The position numbers and the translations under genes were made by a program. A DNA stretch of 64,000 nt, from positions 40,658 through 104,657 of the forward strand of contig JBEKOM010000005.1 in NCBI GenBank assembly GCA_049521795.1, given 5' to 3'. The DNA is from Candidatus Bathyarchaeia archaeon. GTDB taxonomy: Archaea; Thermoproteota; Bathyarchaeia; Bathyarchaeales; Bathycorpusculaceae. Each line of letters opens with the position of its first letter. The first letter of the stretch is position 1. Shown one piece after another: positions 8,936 through 18,528 of this stretch. Under the pieces are notes generated by a model that saw only the letters and a program-made list of their open reading frames with translations, did no database searches and had not been told where the DNA came from.

Positions 8936-11854
8936 ATGGAATTTTCGAGAAAAATCGAAGAGAAATGGCAGAAGAAATGGGAGAAGGCCAAGATTTTCGA
9001 GGCAGACCCAGACCCATCGAAGCCAAAGTACTACGTAACCGTGGCTTATCCTTACCCCAACAGTCCGCAGCACATCGGCCACGGAAGAACGTACACGCTC
9101 GCAGACGTGCACGCGCGGTACAAGCGCATGCGCGGCTACAACGTCCTTTTGCCCATGGCTTTTCATTACACGGGCACGCCTGTCCTGGCCATGGCTAAGC
9201 GGCTTGCAGACAACGACAAGGGTCTCATCAGCGACTTTGTCAACGTCTACAAGATCCCCAAGGAAAGGCTGAAAGACCTATCTGACCCGATGGCGATGGC
9301 CCGCTACTTCCACCAAGAAATCAAGAGCGGAATGAAAGAGATAGGCTACTCAATCGACTGGAGACGCGAGTTCACAACCATAGACCCGCACTACAACCGC
9401 TTCATCGAGTGGCAGTTCCAAAAACTTCGCCAGGGCGGCTTCATAAGCCGCGGGAGCCACCCCGTTGGCTGGTGTCCCAGAGATGGAAACCCAGTGGGCC
9501 AGCACGACACGGTCGGCGACGTGGAACCAGAAATAGGCGAATTCACACTGATAAAGTTCAGACAAGACAACCTGGTCTATCCGGCAGCCACATTGCGTCC
9601 CGAAACAGTCTTCGGCGTCACAAACATCTGGCTCAACCCCAGAAGCACGTACGTGAGAGCCAACGTTGACGGCGAACAGTGGATAATCAGCCAAGAAAGC
9701 GTTGAAAAACTCGTTCACCTCAGCCGAAAAGTCAAGGTCATAGCAACCGTCGAAGGAAAAGAGCTCATAGGAAAGCACGTTGAAAACCCGGCTACGAACA
9801 CCAGAATCTTGATACTGCCGGCCGACTTCGTCGACCCAAAGAACGCCACCGGCGTGGTCATGTCGGTCCCAGCGCACGCGCCATACGACTACGTCGCCCT
9901 AGAAAACATCAGAAAGACACCAGACAAGGTCAAAGACTACGGAATACCACCCCAAACCATAGACTCAGTAAGACCCATCGGAATGATCGAGGTTCCAGGC
10001 TACTCAGAGATACCTGCTGCAGACGCAGTCAGGAAGATGAAGATCCAAGAACAGACCGATCCGAAGCTCGAGGACGCAACGAAGGAAGTCTACAGGCACG
10101 AGTTTCACAACGGCAGACTGAGACGAAACACCGGCAAATACTGTGGCACGTCGGTGGCCGAAGCTAAGGACATGGTGAAAAAAGACCTGATCCAAGATGG
10201 CAAAGCCACAACCATGTACGAACTGCTGAACAGACCAGTCTTCTGCCGCTGCAAGACAGAGTGCATAGTCAAAATCTTCGAAGACCAATGGTTCATCGAC
10301 TACGGAAAACCAGACTGGAAAGCACTGGCGCACATGAACCTCGATAAGATGGAGATACTGCCAGAAGAACTGCGTCAAGAGTTCAGCAACGTAATTGACT
10401 GGCTGCACGAGAAAGCCTGTGCAAGAAAATCAGGCATGGGCACGCGGCTCCCATGGGACAAGGAATGGATAATAGAATCACTATCCGACTCCACCATCTA
10501 CATGGCATACTACACGATTGTTAAACACATCAAAGCAAACAGGATCCAGCCCGACCAACTGACAGTCGAAGTCTTCGACCACATCTTCCTCGGAAAAGGC
10601 GAAGCCAAGAAAATAGCCAAAAAAGTCAACCTAGACGCCAAAGTCTTAGAGCAGATGCGCAGCGAGTTCAAGTACTTCTACCCATTAGACAGCCGCCACT
10701 CAGGACGAGACCTAGTTCCTAACCACCTGACCTTCATGATATTCAACCACACTGCCATATTCCCCGAAGACCTGTGGCCACGCCAGATAGCAACCAACGG
10801 CAGCGTGATGATGGAAGGCGCAAAGATGAGCAAATCCTTCGGAAACATAATCCCACTCAGGGAAGGCCTAAAGAAGTTCGGCGCAGACCCCGTAAGGCTC
10901 AGCGTCATGTCAACCGCAGAACTGCTGCAAGACGCCGACTTCAGCCCCACAATCGCCACATCGATGCGCGACAGGCTGGGACGCCTCTACAAGTTCGTGT
11001 CAGAACTCATGAAGACTTCGGGAAAAAGAAAGACCTCAAGCCAGCCGCTCACAGCCATAGACAAGTGGATGCTGAGCCGACTGCAAGAACACATCAAGAA
11101 AGCGACCGAAGCCATGGACAAACTCGCCGTGCGCAAGGCAATACACGACGTCATGTACGGGTTGGACCAAGATTTCCAGTGGTACCAAAGACGCACGGCA
11201 CAACACAACGGAAAGAGAAAACTCGCAATCGCGTTCGTGCACCGTCAGGTCACAGACGCTCAGGTCAGAATGCTAGCTCCAGTCGCTCCACACGCGTGCG
11301 AAGAGCTGTGGGAGATGATGGGCGGCGAAGGCTTCGTTTCACTCAGTTCATGGCCAATTCCAGACGAGTCAAAAGTGGATATTCGAGCCGAGGAAAATGA
11401 GGCTCTAATCACAAGCGTAGTGGAAGACACGCTGAACATCACAAAAGCAACAGGGGCAACACCGAAGAAAATATTCTACTATGTGGCTGCCCGCTGGAAG
11501 TGGCAAACTTGGCTAAAAGCCTTAGAAAAATCCATGTCAGCAAAGATCGCACAGAAAGACCTCATGAAAGAGCTGATGGCAAACGCTGAAATGAGAGCTA
11601 AGGCTGAAAAAGTGTCCAAGTTCACTGCGCAAATCACAGATGACTTGAACAGGATGGCAGAGGAGAGAAAGAAGAGACTAGCGCAGATCAACCTAGTGGA
11701 CGAAGCTCAAGCCTTGAGAGAAGCCAAAGACTTCTTCGAGAAAGAACTGAACGCTGAAGTAAACATCTATGACGAAGAGGACGCAGAACGCTACGACCCG
11801 AGGTCGAGGGCACAGGTCGCCAAGCCAGGTCGCCCAGCAATCTTCATAGAATAA
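8936..11854 (+). CDS. leuS: Leucine--tRNA ligase (archaeal type)
   Basis: YPYPN..HIGH, ATLRPET, TGVVMSVPAHAPYD (CP1 editing domain), KMSKS and C-terminal AKPGRPAIFIE. Confidence 0.96.
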   Translation: MEFSRKIEEKWQKKWEKAKIFEADPDPSKPKYYVTVAYPYPNSPQHIGHGRTYTLADVHARYKRMRGYNVLLPMAFHYTGTPVLAMAKRLADNDKGLISDFVNVYKIPKERLKDLSDPMAMARYFHQEIKSGMKEIGYSIDWRREFTTIDPHYNRFIEWQFQKLRQGGFISRGSHPVGWCPRDGNPVGQHDTVGDVEPEIGEFTLIKFRQDNLVYPAATLRPETVFGVTNIWLNPRSTYVRANVDGEQWIISQESVEKLVHLSRKVKVIATVEGKELIGKHVENPATNTRILILPADFVDPKNATGVVMSVPAHAPYDYVALENIRKTPDKVKDYGIPPQTIDSVRPIGMIEVPGYSEIPAADAVRKMKIQEQTDPKLEDATKEVYRHEFHNGRLRRNTGKYCGTSVAEAKDMVKKDLIQDGKATTMYELLNRPVFCRCKTECIVKIFEDQWFIDYGKPDWKALAHMNLDKMEILPEELRQEFSNVIDWLHEKACARKSGMGTRLPWDKEWIIESLSDSTIYMAYYTIVKHIKANRIQPDQLTVEVFDHIFLGKGEAKKIAKKVNLDAKVLEQMRSEFKYFYPLDSRHSGRDLVPNHLTFMIFNHTAIFPEDLWPRQIATNGSVMMEGAKMSKSFGNIIPLREGLKKFGADPVRLSVMSTAELLQDADFSPTIATSMRDRLGRLYKFVSELMKTSGKRKTSSQPLTAIDKWMLSRLQEHIKKATEAMDKLAVRKAIHDVMYGLDQDFQWYQRRTAQHNGKRKLAIAFVHRQVTDAQVRMLAPVAPHACEELWEMMGGEGFVSLSSWPIPDESKVDIRAEENEALITSVVEDTLNITKATGATPKKIFYYVAARWKWQTWLKALEKSMSAKIAQKDLMKELMANAEMRAKAEKVSKFTAQITDDLNRMAEERKKRLAQINLVDEAQALREAKDFFEKELNAEVNIYDEEDAERYDPRSRAQVAKPGRPAIFIE

Positions 11855-11892
11855 AATATATCAACCAAGCCCGTCTTTTTAGTTTCGAAAAT

Positions 11893-12003
11893 GGATCCGT
11901 AGCGCAGCATGGATGCAGATTACGCCATAAAGCGCGTCGGCCTTCTAAAGCCGAGGCTGAGGAAAGCCGAAAGTCCTGGGTTCAAATCCCAGCGGATCCG
12001 CCA
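11893..12003 (+). tRNA. tRNA-Arg(UCU) with two introns (11915-11930 in the D-loop, 11948-11964 at 37/38)
   Basis: Acceptor GGATCCG/CGGATCC plus G-CCA, T-arm CTGGG-TTCAAAT-CCCAG, anticodon stem TCGGC/GCCGA. Removing the two bulge-helix-bulge-type inserts gives a canonical cloverleaf. Confidence 0.9.
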
Positions 12004-12197
12004 ATGAGAACTCAACGAGTTTTCGCGACAGTTGACGCTTTCTGTAAAATCACAATTAGATAACATAGTGAAGTTTAGGAACAGGCATGCGTGCTGGCTG
12101 TTTTTCCTTGTGAAAGCGGAAATTATAAATCAGTAATGAAATAATAGAGTGTAGTTGCTTCAGTATTTGACTCATCTCTGTATAAGGGGGTAGGATT

Positions 12198-12956
12198 ATG
12201 AGCACTCATGCAGAAGACTTAAAACTTCGCCTAATGACGATCGAACTGCTTAGGACCGCAAAGTACAAGAGAAACATCACCTACCGCGAACTGGCCTCAA
12301 AAACCGGTTTGCCCGTCACCGTCCTGAGTAGATACGCGAAGGGGCATGTCCTCCCTAACACCTCGAGGGCAAAGCAGCTGTGGAAGGTTCTCACGAAACT
12401 CGTTGGCCTTGAAACCGAGCTTCGCAGCAGAATAAAGTTTGATGGTGAAGGATACTTCGACAACACGGAAATCATAGGCGATTTCAACATCCTCCAGCAG
12501 GCGGCAAATCACGCGCTGGCCAACTTTGCTGGAAAAAGAGTGACAAGAGTTCTCTCTGCAGCCGTGGACGGCATCCCGCTGGCAGCAATGGTTGCCAACG
12601 CCCTCGGAGTGAACCTGGTGATCGCGAAGCGAAGCAAGGAGGTTGGCGTCAAGGCCTTCCTTGAGGAAACATACGTTCTCATGAAAGGATCAGGTATCAC
12701 GAACACGCTTTACATTCCCAAAGAAGCCATCAGGAAGCGCGACAGCGTCCTGATCGTGGACGACATGATCAAGACGGGCGAAACGCAGGCCGCATTGGTG
12801 AACCTAGTTCGGAAAGCGAAAGCTGAGATGTCAGGAGTTTTCTTCCTCATAGCCGTCGGCGACGAGTGGAAGAAGACCCTCAAGCTTTCAGGCGAATGCC
12901 CGATAGAAGTGATCACGTACGTCAAGCCGCCGTACGACCAGAGCACCCGCTACTAG
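12198..12956 (+). CDS. HTH + phosphoribosyltransferase protein (archaeal adenine/purine PRTase-like regulator)
   Basis: N-terminal XRE-like HTH (TYRELASKTGLPVTVLSRY..GHVLP) and PRPP-binding VLIVDDMIKTGET. Confidence 0.85.
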   Translation: MSTHAEDLKLRLMTIELLRTAKYKRNITYRELASKTGLPVTVLSRYAKGHVLPNTSRAKQLWKVLTKLVGLETELRSRIKFDGEGYFDNTEIIGDFNILQQAANHALANFAGKRVTRVLSAAVDGIPLAAMVANALGVNLVIAKRSKEVGVKAFLEETYVLMKGSGITNTLYIPKEAIRKRDSVLIVDDMIKTGETQAALVNLVRKAKAEMSGVFFLIAVGDEWKKTLKLSGECPIEVITYVKPPYDQSTRY

Positions 12957-13646
12957 CTAGAGAAACGCGGGACTTTTCCCCTTTCTAAGATAATCCTTGC
13001 CAAGTCTCAGCAGGGCAGTTTCAAAGTTGACGAAAGACTTTCCGGTGAGCTCGCATCTCGCCCAGAAAACCTTCAGCTGCCTCAAAGCGTCTTCGGCAGT
13101 TGCATCTTTCTTCACGATTCCAAGCCGTTTCGCGACCTCCACGACCAGTGGCGTCGGCCTGGGATCAGCTTTCTGCCAAACTCCACGCAGTTCTCTCAGG
13201 AAAATGCTGACAGTTACGTCACCGATGCCCTTACCCAAGGCTTTCAGCCTCCTCTCCAAGTCGCGAGCATCAGAGGCCTGAACGTGGATCATGTTTGGGC
13301 TTCCCCGGTACGTTTCGGTCAGGTTTCGCATAACCTCTAGCAGCTTGTCTGCAGTTTTGAAGTCGTAGCGCGTGTAGCTTCCTTCGTCCAGGATCTTGAC
13401 AAGCCCATCCCAACCTCTGTCAAGTATCTTCTTAGGCGTTAAGGCGTCACACTTTTCGAAGCACTCGTAGGTCTTGATGACAGAGGATTCCGTTATCGGC
13501 GCACCGAAAAGCAAAGACGCTAGGAACCACTTGAAAACCTCTCCATCGTTCCCCGACGAGAGATTTATGCCTAAGGCTTCGGAGTATTTCTGCCCTAGGC
13601 TTTCAACAAGAGCTTTGACACTTTCCTTTTTCAATACGTTCTTCAC
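12957..13646 (-). CDS. Helix-hairpin-helix superfamily protein (endonuclease III/glycosylase-like fold)
   Basis: FKWFLASLLFGAPI, YTRYDFKTA and HhH-like KGIGDVTVSIFLRELRGVW. Confidence 0.7.
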   Translation of the reverse strand: MKNVLKKESVKALVESLGQKYSEALGINLSSGNDGEVFKWFLASLLFGAPITESSVIKTYECFEKCDALTPKKILDRGWDGLVKILDEGSYTRYDFKTADKLLEVMRNLTETYRGSPNMIHVQASDARDLERRLKALGKGIGDVTVSIFLRELRGVWQKADPRPTPLVVEVAKRLGIVKKDATAEDALRQLKVFWARCELTGKSFVNFETALLRLGKDYLRKGKSPAFL

Positions 13647-13699
13647 CTACCAACAAGTCTTATACGGTCAAATCATAAACGGTTTACGAGGATGAAACT

Positions 13700-14719
13700 G
13701 TGCGGACCATAGAATGGCGCAAAGGAACGGTTGCAACAATAGACCAGACAAAGCTTCCAGACGAAGAAACGCGTATCATCATCAAAAACTGCGGCGAAAT
13801 GGCTGAAGCAATAAGGTCGATGAGAATAAGAGGTGCGCCTCTCCTAGGCGCTGCAGCCGCTTTTGCACTGGCCTTGACAGCTTTTGACTCGAAAGCAAAG
13901 AGTAAGGAGGAATTGATTAGCGAGTTGGAGGAGGCAGCAGACACGATCAGACGAACAAGGCCGACTGCTGTCAACCTTTTCTGGGCCCTAGACAGGATCC
14001 TGAACAAGGCTAAAGCACTGCCTGGAAACCGAGATGCCCTAGCCGGCTTCGTGGTGGAAGAAGCAAAGAAGATAGCTGATGAGGACGCGGCGGCAAACCG
14101 GGCGATTGGCAAGTACGGCGCTGAGCTCGTTCATGACGGAGACGTCATACTGACGCACTGCAACGCTGGGGCTTTGGCCACAGTCGAGTATGGCACTGCT
14201 CTCGGCGTTATTCGAGCAGCTTGGGAGCAGGGAAAACGCATCAAAGTCATCGCGGCTGAGACTCGTCCGCTCTTGCAGGGCGCACGACTGTCAGTTTACG
14301 AGCTTAAGAAAGAAGGTATACCGGTCACCTTGATCACCGACAACATGGTCGGATACCTGATGTATAAGAAGATGGTCAATAAGGTCTTGGTCGGTGCAGA
14401 CAGGATAGTCAGAGACGCGGTGATCAACAAGGTTGGAACGTTCACAATTGCTGTTCTGGCCAGAGAGCACAAGATTCCTTTTTACGTTGCAGCACCAAGC
14501 TCAACGTTCGACCTTGTTCACACTTCAAGACAGGTTGTTATCGAGGAACGAAAGCCAGAGGAAGTCACCCACATAGGCTCAAAGCGCATCACCGTCGAGG
14601 GAGTGGACGTGCTAAACCCAGCCTTCGACATAACTCCATTCAAGTACGTGACAGCGATAATCAGTGAAAAAGGCGTCTTACCACCGGAATATTTCAGTGA
14701 ACACAAAGCCAACCGCTAA
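13700..14719 (+). CDS. mtnA: S-methyl-5-thioribose-1-phosphate isomerase (eIF2B-like family)
   Basis: IDQTKLP, RGAP, RPTAVNL, LTHCNAGALAT, ETRPLLQGARL, VGADRI and NPAFDITP. Confidence 0.9.
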   Translation: MRTIEWRKGTVATIDQTKLPDEETRIIIKNCGEMAEAIRSMRIRGAPLLGAAAAFALALTAFDSKAKSKEELISELEEAADTIRRTRPTAVNLFWALDRILNKAKALPGNRDALAGFVVEEAKKIADEDAAANRAIGKYGAELVHDGDVILTHCNAGALATVEYGTALGVIRAAWEQGKRIKVIAAETRPLLQGARLSVYELKKEGIPVTLITDNMVGYLMYKKMVNKVLVGADRIVRDAVINKVGTFTIAVLAREHKIPFYVAAPSSTFDLVHTSRQVVIEERKPEEVTHIGSKRITVEGVDVLNPAFDITPFKYVTAIISEKGVLPPEYFSEHKANR

Positions 14720-14758
14720 TAGGAAGAAACGATAACTTCATGACAGTTGTGGAATTGG

Positions 14759-15316
14759 ATGAGCAAGAAAGAAAAGCCGGCCAACAGCGGCTCAGAATTC
14801 AAGATTAAGGGCTTACTCGTCGAAAGTGGGGTTCGAGTCACTGAAAAGGAGTCTGCAGACGAACTCTCGTCAAGAGGTTACGGTGTGGTCGAAGGCAAAG
14901 AGCTGCTGCTCACCTTCTACGAGGCTCTCTACCTCTTGGACAAGCAGATGCTGGAAGCCGAGGATGAACAAGGTAAAAAGGTGAACTTTCAAAGTCTGGT
15001 GGAACGCTCCGAGAGCGTCAACGAGAACGCTTGGGCAGGATACCTGGTTTATCGAGACCTGAGAAGTCGCGGATACGTGGTCCGAGAAGGATTCGGTTCA
15101 AGAGTTGACTTTCGCGTCTACGAACGAGGAGACTACAGCAAAGCCACAGCGAAATATCTGATCATAAGCGTTCAAGAGGGAAAACCAACCTCGCTCGAAG
15201 ACCTCACAGGCTCGTTGACGGAAAGCCTGAGTCTGAAGAAGGAGCTGGTTTTGGCCGTCATCAACCGCAGAGGAGAAACAGTTTATTATTCAGTCTCAGA
15301 ATTGAACCTAAAATGA
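14759..15316 (+). CDS. endA: tRNA-splicing endonuclease subunit, probably the non-catalytic beta subunit
   Basis: LTFYEALYL, YLVYRDLRSRGYVVREG, DFRVYERG and LVLAVINRRGETVYY. No His in the segment after YERG where the catalytic His normally lies. Confidence 0.85.
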   Translation: MSKKEKPANSGSEFKIKGLLVESGVRVTEKESADELSSRGYGVVEGKELLLTFYEALYLLDKQMLEAEDEQGKKVNFQSLVERSESVNENAWAGYLVYRDLRSRGYVVREGFGSRVDFRVYERGDYSKATAKYLIISVQEGKPTSLEDLTGSLTESLSLKKELVLAVINRRGETVYYSVSELNLK

Positions 15317-15334
15317 TGCCGAGGAAAATATGGA

Positions 15335-16624
15335 ATGCCTGAGTTCAAGACCCTCCGCGGAATGAGAGACCTCTTGCCTGAAGATGCCAAGATGATGATA
15401 TACGTTGAAGACCAAGCTAGAAAAACAGCTCGACTTTACGGGTACAAAGAGATCATAACTCCGGTCGTTGAATCGTACGAGCTTCTTGCAGCCAAGGCAG
15501 GCGACGAAGTCAGGTCCAGAATGTTTGCATTCAAAGACCTAGGCGGGCGAGACGTCGCGTTGCGACCAGAGTTCACGGCTTCAATAGCAAGGCTCGTCGC
15601 CACGACCATGAGGAACGAGCCTAAGCCCTTCAGACTCTTCTGCATGGGCACCGTGTACCGATACGATGAGCCGCAACGCGGGCGGTACAGAGAGATCTGG
15701 CAGTCCGACTACGAACTCATCGGTTCAAACAGACCTGAGGCAGACGCTGAAGTAATCATGCTGACTGACGGTCTGATGCGGGAAGCAGGCCTCAAGAGGT
15801 TCGCTGTGAAAGTCGGTCATATTGGGGTCCTGAGAGGAATACTGGGCCAAGAAAGAGTGGGCGAAAAAGAGCAAAGCGCAATCATGCAACTAATGGACAA
15901 AAAGGAGTATGATAACGCCCTGAAGCTGGTAGAAGATGCCGGCGTCTCACCCAAATGCTTAGACGTTCTGCGCCGACTGGTCGAATGTAGAGGAACTGAC
16001 GTTACAGAGGTTGTGAACAAGACAGAAGAGCTTGTTAAAGACTACGAGAACTCCGTAATAGCAGCGGAAAACCTGCGGGAAACTCTGAAGCTTGTCTCCG
16101 AGAGCGGATGCAAGATCGACGCGACTGTTGACGCAGGCTTCGCCCGTGGGCTCGAGTACTACACGGGAATGATCTTTGAAGTCTACGTGCCAAGCATTGA
16201 CGTCGCCCTCGGAGGCGGCGGGAGATATGACAAGCTTGTTGAGCTGTTCGGAGGAGAACCGACACCGGCCGTGGGAATTGCCCATGGAATTGACCGCATA
16301 GTGCTTGCATTGAAGATGCAGAAGACTGTGCTGAGAACGGGAAATGAGAAGACTGTCGTTGTCGTTCCAATTAAAGAAGAGTTGAGAGCTGAGGCCTTGA
16401 AGATTTCGCGGATGCTCAGAGATGCTGGCATATTGGTTGAGGTTGAAGTGATGGGACGAAGGATGGCCAAGGCGTTGGAGGATGCTGACAGAAGGAAAAT
16501 TGATTATGCGATAATCGTTGGAGAAAGAGAGCTAGCTGAAGGAGCCGTTGTTGTTCGCAACCTGGCTAAAAGACAGCAAAGCACGGTGAAAGTTGAAAAA
16601 GTGATAGATTTACTTAAGGGCTGA
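15335..16624 (+). CDS. hisS: Histidine--tRNA ligase
   Basis: RGMRD, LRPEFTAS, YRYDEPQRGRYRE, ARGLEYYTG, GGGRYD and a C-terminal anticodon-binding domain. Confidence 0.95.
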   Translation: MPEFKTLRGMRDLLPEDAKMMIYVEDQARKTARLYGYKEIITPVVESYELLAAKAGDEVRSRMFAFKDLGGRDVALRPEFTASIARLVATTMRNEPKPFRLFCMGTVYRYDEPQRGRYREIWQSDYELIGSNRPEADAEVIMLTDGLMREAGLKRFAVKVGHIGVLRGILGQERVGEKEQSAIMQLMDKKEYDNALKLVEDAGVSPKCLDVLRRLVECRGTDVTEVVNKTEELVKDYENSVIAAENLRETLKLVSESGCKIDATVDAGFARGLEYYTGMIFEVYVPSIDVALGGGGRYDKLVELFGGEPTPAVGIAHGIDRIVLALKMQKTVLRTGNEKTVVVVPIKEELRAEALKISRMLRDAGILVEVEVMGRRMAKALEDADRRKIDYAIIVGERELAEGAVVVRNLAKRQQSTVKVEKVIDLLKG

Positions 16625-17101
16625 AGACTTCAGCGTGCGCTCTTCTCTCCTGAGGAAGTCACCTATGTCCGATATGTTCTTTATGACAACACTGTCCTCT
16701 TCCATGCCTAGGTCGGAGACTACTCTGCCGAAGCCCAAGCATTCATCATAACAGTTTAGCACCAGAACGTGATCGCCTTTCCTCGCTGGGCCGATAGCCT
16801 TCACTATTCCTCGTTTGAACACGTCTCTTCCACAGATGAACAACCATTCCGTCTTCTTGTTGACGACAACTTCGTTTGCTTTCTTCTCTGCCATCATTCT
16901 CAACAGTTCAAAGCCGGGGAAGAATCTCCCATTCTTAACCTTCCCAAGGTACGTGCCCGCGTAGAAAAAGTCCTTCAAAGCCAACTTCTTCAAACTCGCG
17001 CTCAAAAGGAAATATCTGCTGCTCTTCTCCACGATCAGACTCTCGTCAAGGCTTATGCTTGCTCCAAACAGACTGACAAAATCATCTATTGGCTTTATCA
17101 T
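16610..17101 (-). CDS. Nip7-like PUA-domain ribosome biogenesis protein
   Basis: YAGTYLGK, EWLFICGRDVF, CLGFG and DIGDFLRRE. ATGA overlap with the upstream methyltransferase gene. Confidence 0.8.
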   Translation of the reverse strand: MIKPIDDFVSLFGASISLDESLIVEKSSRYFLLSASLKKLALKDFFYAGTYLGKVKNGRFFPGFELLRMMAEKKANEVVVNKKTEWLFICGRDVFKRGIVKAIGPARKGDHVLVLNCYDECLGFGRVVSDLGMEEDSVVIKNISDIGDFLRREERTLKSSALK

Positions 17102-17988
17102 GCAGATTCGCTCTTCAAGAGTTTGCACACGAAGAAGCCCTGCGTTTGCCCCGGCCAAATCCTCATGCAATTCCGCACTGAACCGTCCAAATGATTTCCG
17201 AAGACTTCTGTCAGTCCTTCCTGTCCGTAACAACTGATTTCTTCAACTCTCATGTTTAGGCATCTGATTGCCCAGTCGATGTTCAGCTCATTTTCTTCAG
17301 GCTCCAAGGAGCATGTGGAATAGATGATTTCTCCATCGTTTTCCAGCATCTTGACCGTTTCTGTCAATATCTCTCTTTGCAGCGCCGCGTTTCTTTCCAC
17401 GTCTTTGATCGTTCTTCTTTTGAACCAGTTCCTGTCTGTTGCGAAGTTTCCTGAGCATGGCATGTCGAGAAGTATTCGGTCAAAGGTTGTTTCCAGCTGT
17501 GATACGCGTCGTGCATCCAGCTGGTAGACTATTGTGTTCTTGACTTGACATCTTTCCAGCTGGTTTGATAGGGCGGTGAGTCTCTGCCGGTTGATGTCGA
17601 GAGCCACTATTGCACCTGTGTTGTGCATGAGGTCTGCTAGCTGAGTGGTCTTGCCTCCTGGAGCCGCGCAGGCGTCGAGCACTGTCGCGTCCTTCAGTTC
17701 TGTGAAAAGCGTGGCTGGGATCTGAGCGGCTGCTTCTTGCATCGAGTACAAGCCTGACAGATACGCTGTTGTTGCGCCAGCAGAGAAACGAGACTCTTCA
17801 ACCCAGTAGCCATTTTCGAGAAAGGGAACTTTCGTTAGCACGAGTCCCTGGTCTTGCAGTCTTCTTGCGAGGTCCAGCGATTTCTTGACGTTGGCAGAGT
17901 TGATTCTGATTGTCTTCTTCAGTTCGACAGTGTGGTATTTCCAGCCCAGTTTTCTGTAGCGGTCTATGAAGAACTCTTTGCTAGACAT
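17098..17988 (-). CDS. RsmB/Nop2 family RNA m5C methyltransferase
   Basis: VLDACAAPGGKTTQ, FDRILLDMPCSG and IYSTCSLEPEENE. Start moved to MSSKEFF, which has a TATA-like element about 25 nt upstream. Confidence 0.9.
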   Translation of the reverse strand: MSSKEFFIDRYRKLGWKYHTVELKKTIRINSANVKKSLDLARRLQDQGLVLTKVPFLENGYWVEESRFSAGATTAYLSGLYSMQEAAAQIPATLFTELKDATVLDACAAPGGKTTQLADLMHNTGAIVALDINRQRLTALSNQLERCQVKNTIVYQLDARRVSQLETTFDRILLDMPCSGNFATDRNWFKRRTIKDVERNAALQREILTETVKMLENDGEIIYSTCSLEPEENELNIDWAIRCLNMRVEEISCYGQEGLTEVFGNHLDGSVRNCMRIWPGQTQGFFVCKLLKSESA

Positions 17989-18109
17989 CAACGGTAGTTT
18001 GGAGAACTGCTCATAAAAGCTTGATGTAGGCGAAGCCCGCTGGCCGGTCGTTAAATTCGCAAAAAGCATATAACCAAAAGTATATACACTTTGCATATAC
18101 AGTCGACGA

Positions 18110-18250
18110 GCATTATTGAAAACGGTGAGGCTTTTCAGGTTGGATGCGGAGCCACCGAAGAACAGCAGCGTGTAGAAACACGAGCGATCCTGAGAAGGCT
18201 TGCAGTTCGGGAGAGACGCGTATCCTTTCAGAGTTCCTCCCCCGTTTTTA
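18110..18250 (+). ncRNA. Candidate structured non-coding RNA
   Basis: 19-bp stem 18121-18139/18189-18207 with 3 G-U pairs and 2 mismatches, enclosing two small hairpins. TATATACA at 18081-18088 and a T-run at about 18245-18249. Confidence 0.35.
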
Positions 18251-18528
18251 TGGTAACGTTTTTGGTAATGTTGTGTGGTAACAAATCTTGAAGCGCGCGC
18301 TTCGACAGTCACCTCGTTTTCTGATTTCATCTGCTCTGGCCTTCAACTTTCTAGGCATGCCCTGAACCTTGCGACCGTCTCTTGCCAATCTTGTCTAAGC
18401 GAGATCTGTGATCTCAGGCACTTGGCGGTTTGGTTCTTGTGTTGCGTTGTTTTTCTGGGCGAGTTAGCGTCTAGTGTGACTGCTGTGCAAGTCTTAAATT
18501 ATCAGGCAAGGAATAGCCTCGTAGGGGT

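Noticed and set aside
18125-18235. Glycine or TPP riboswitch (GGAGAG, CCGAAG, CTTTCAG, CTGAGA words)
   Set aside because: The words occur in the wrong order for glycine aptamers, and the TPP ACCUG/GCG elements are missing.
17989-18330. 114-aa N-terminal extension of the Nop2-like ORF
   Set aside because: No family similarity, and it overlaps promoter elements. The real start is probably 17988.
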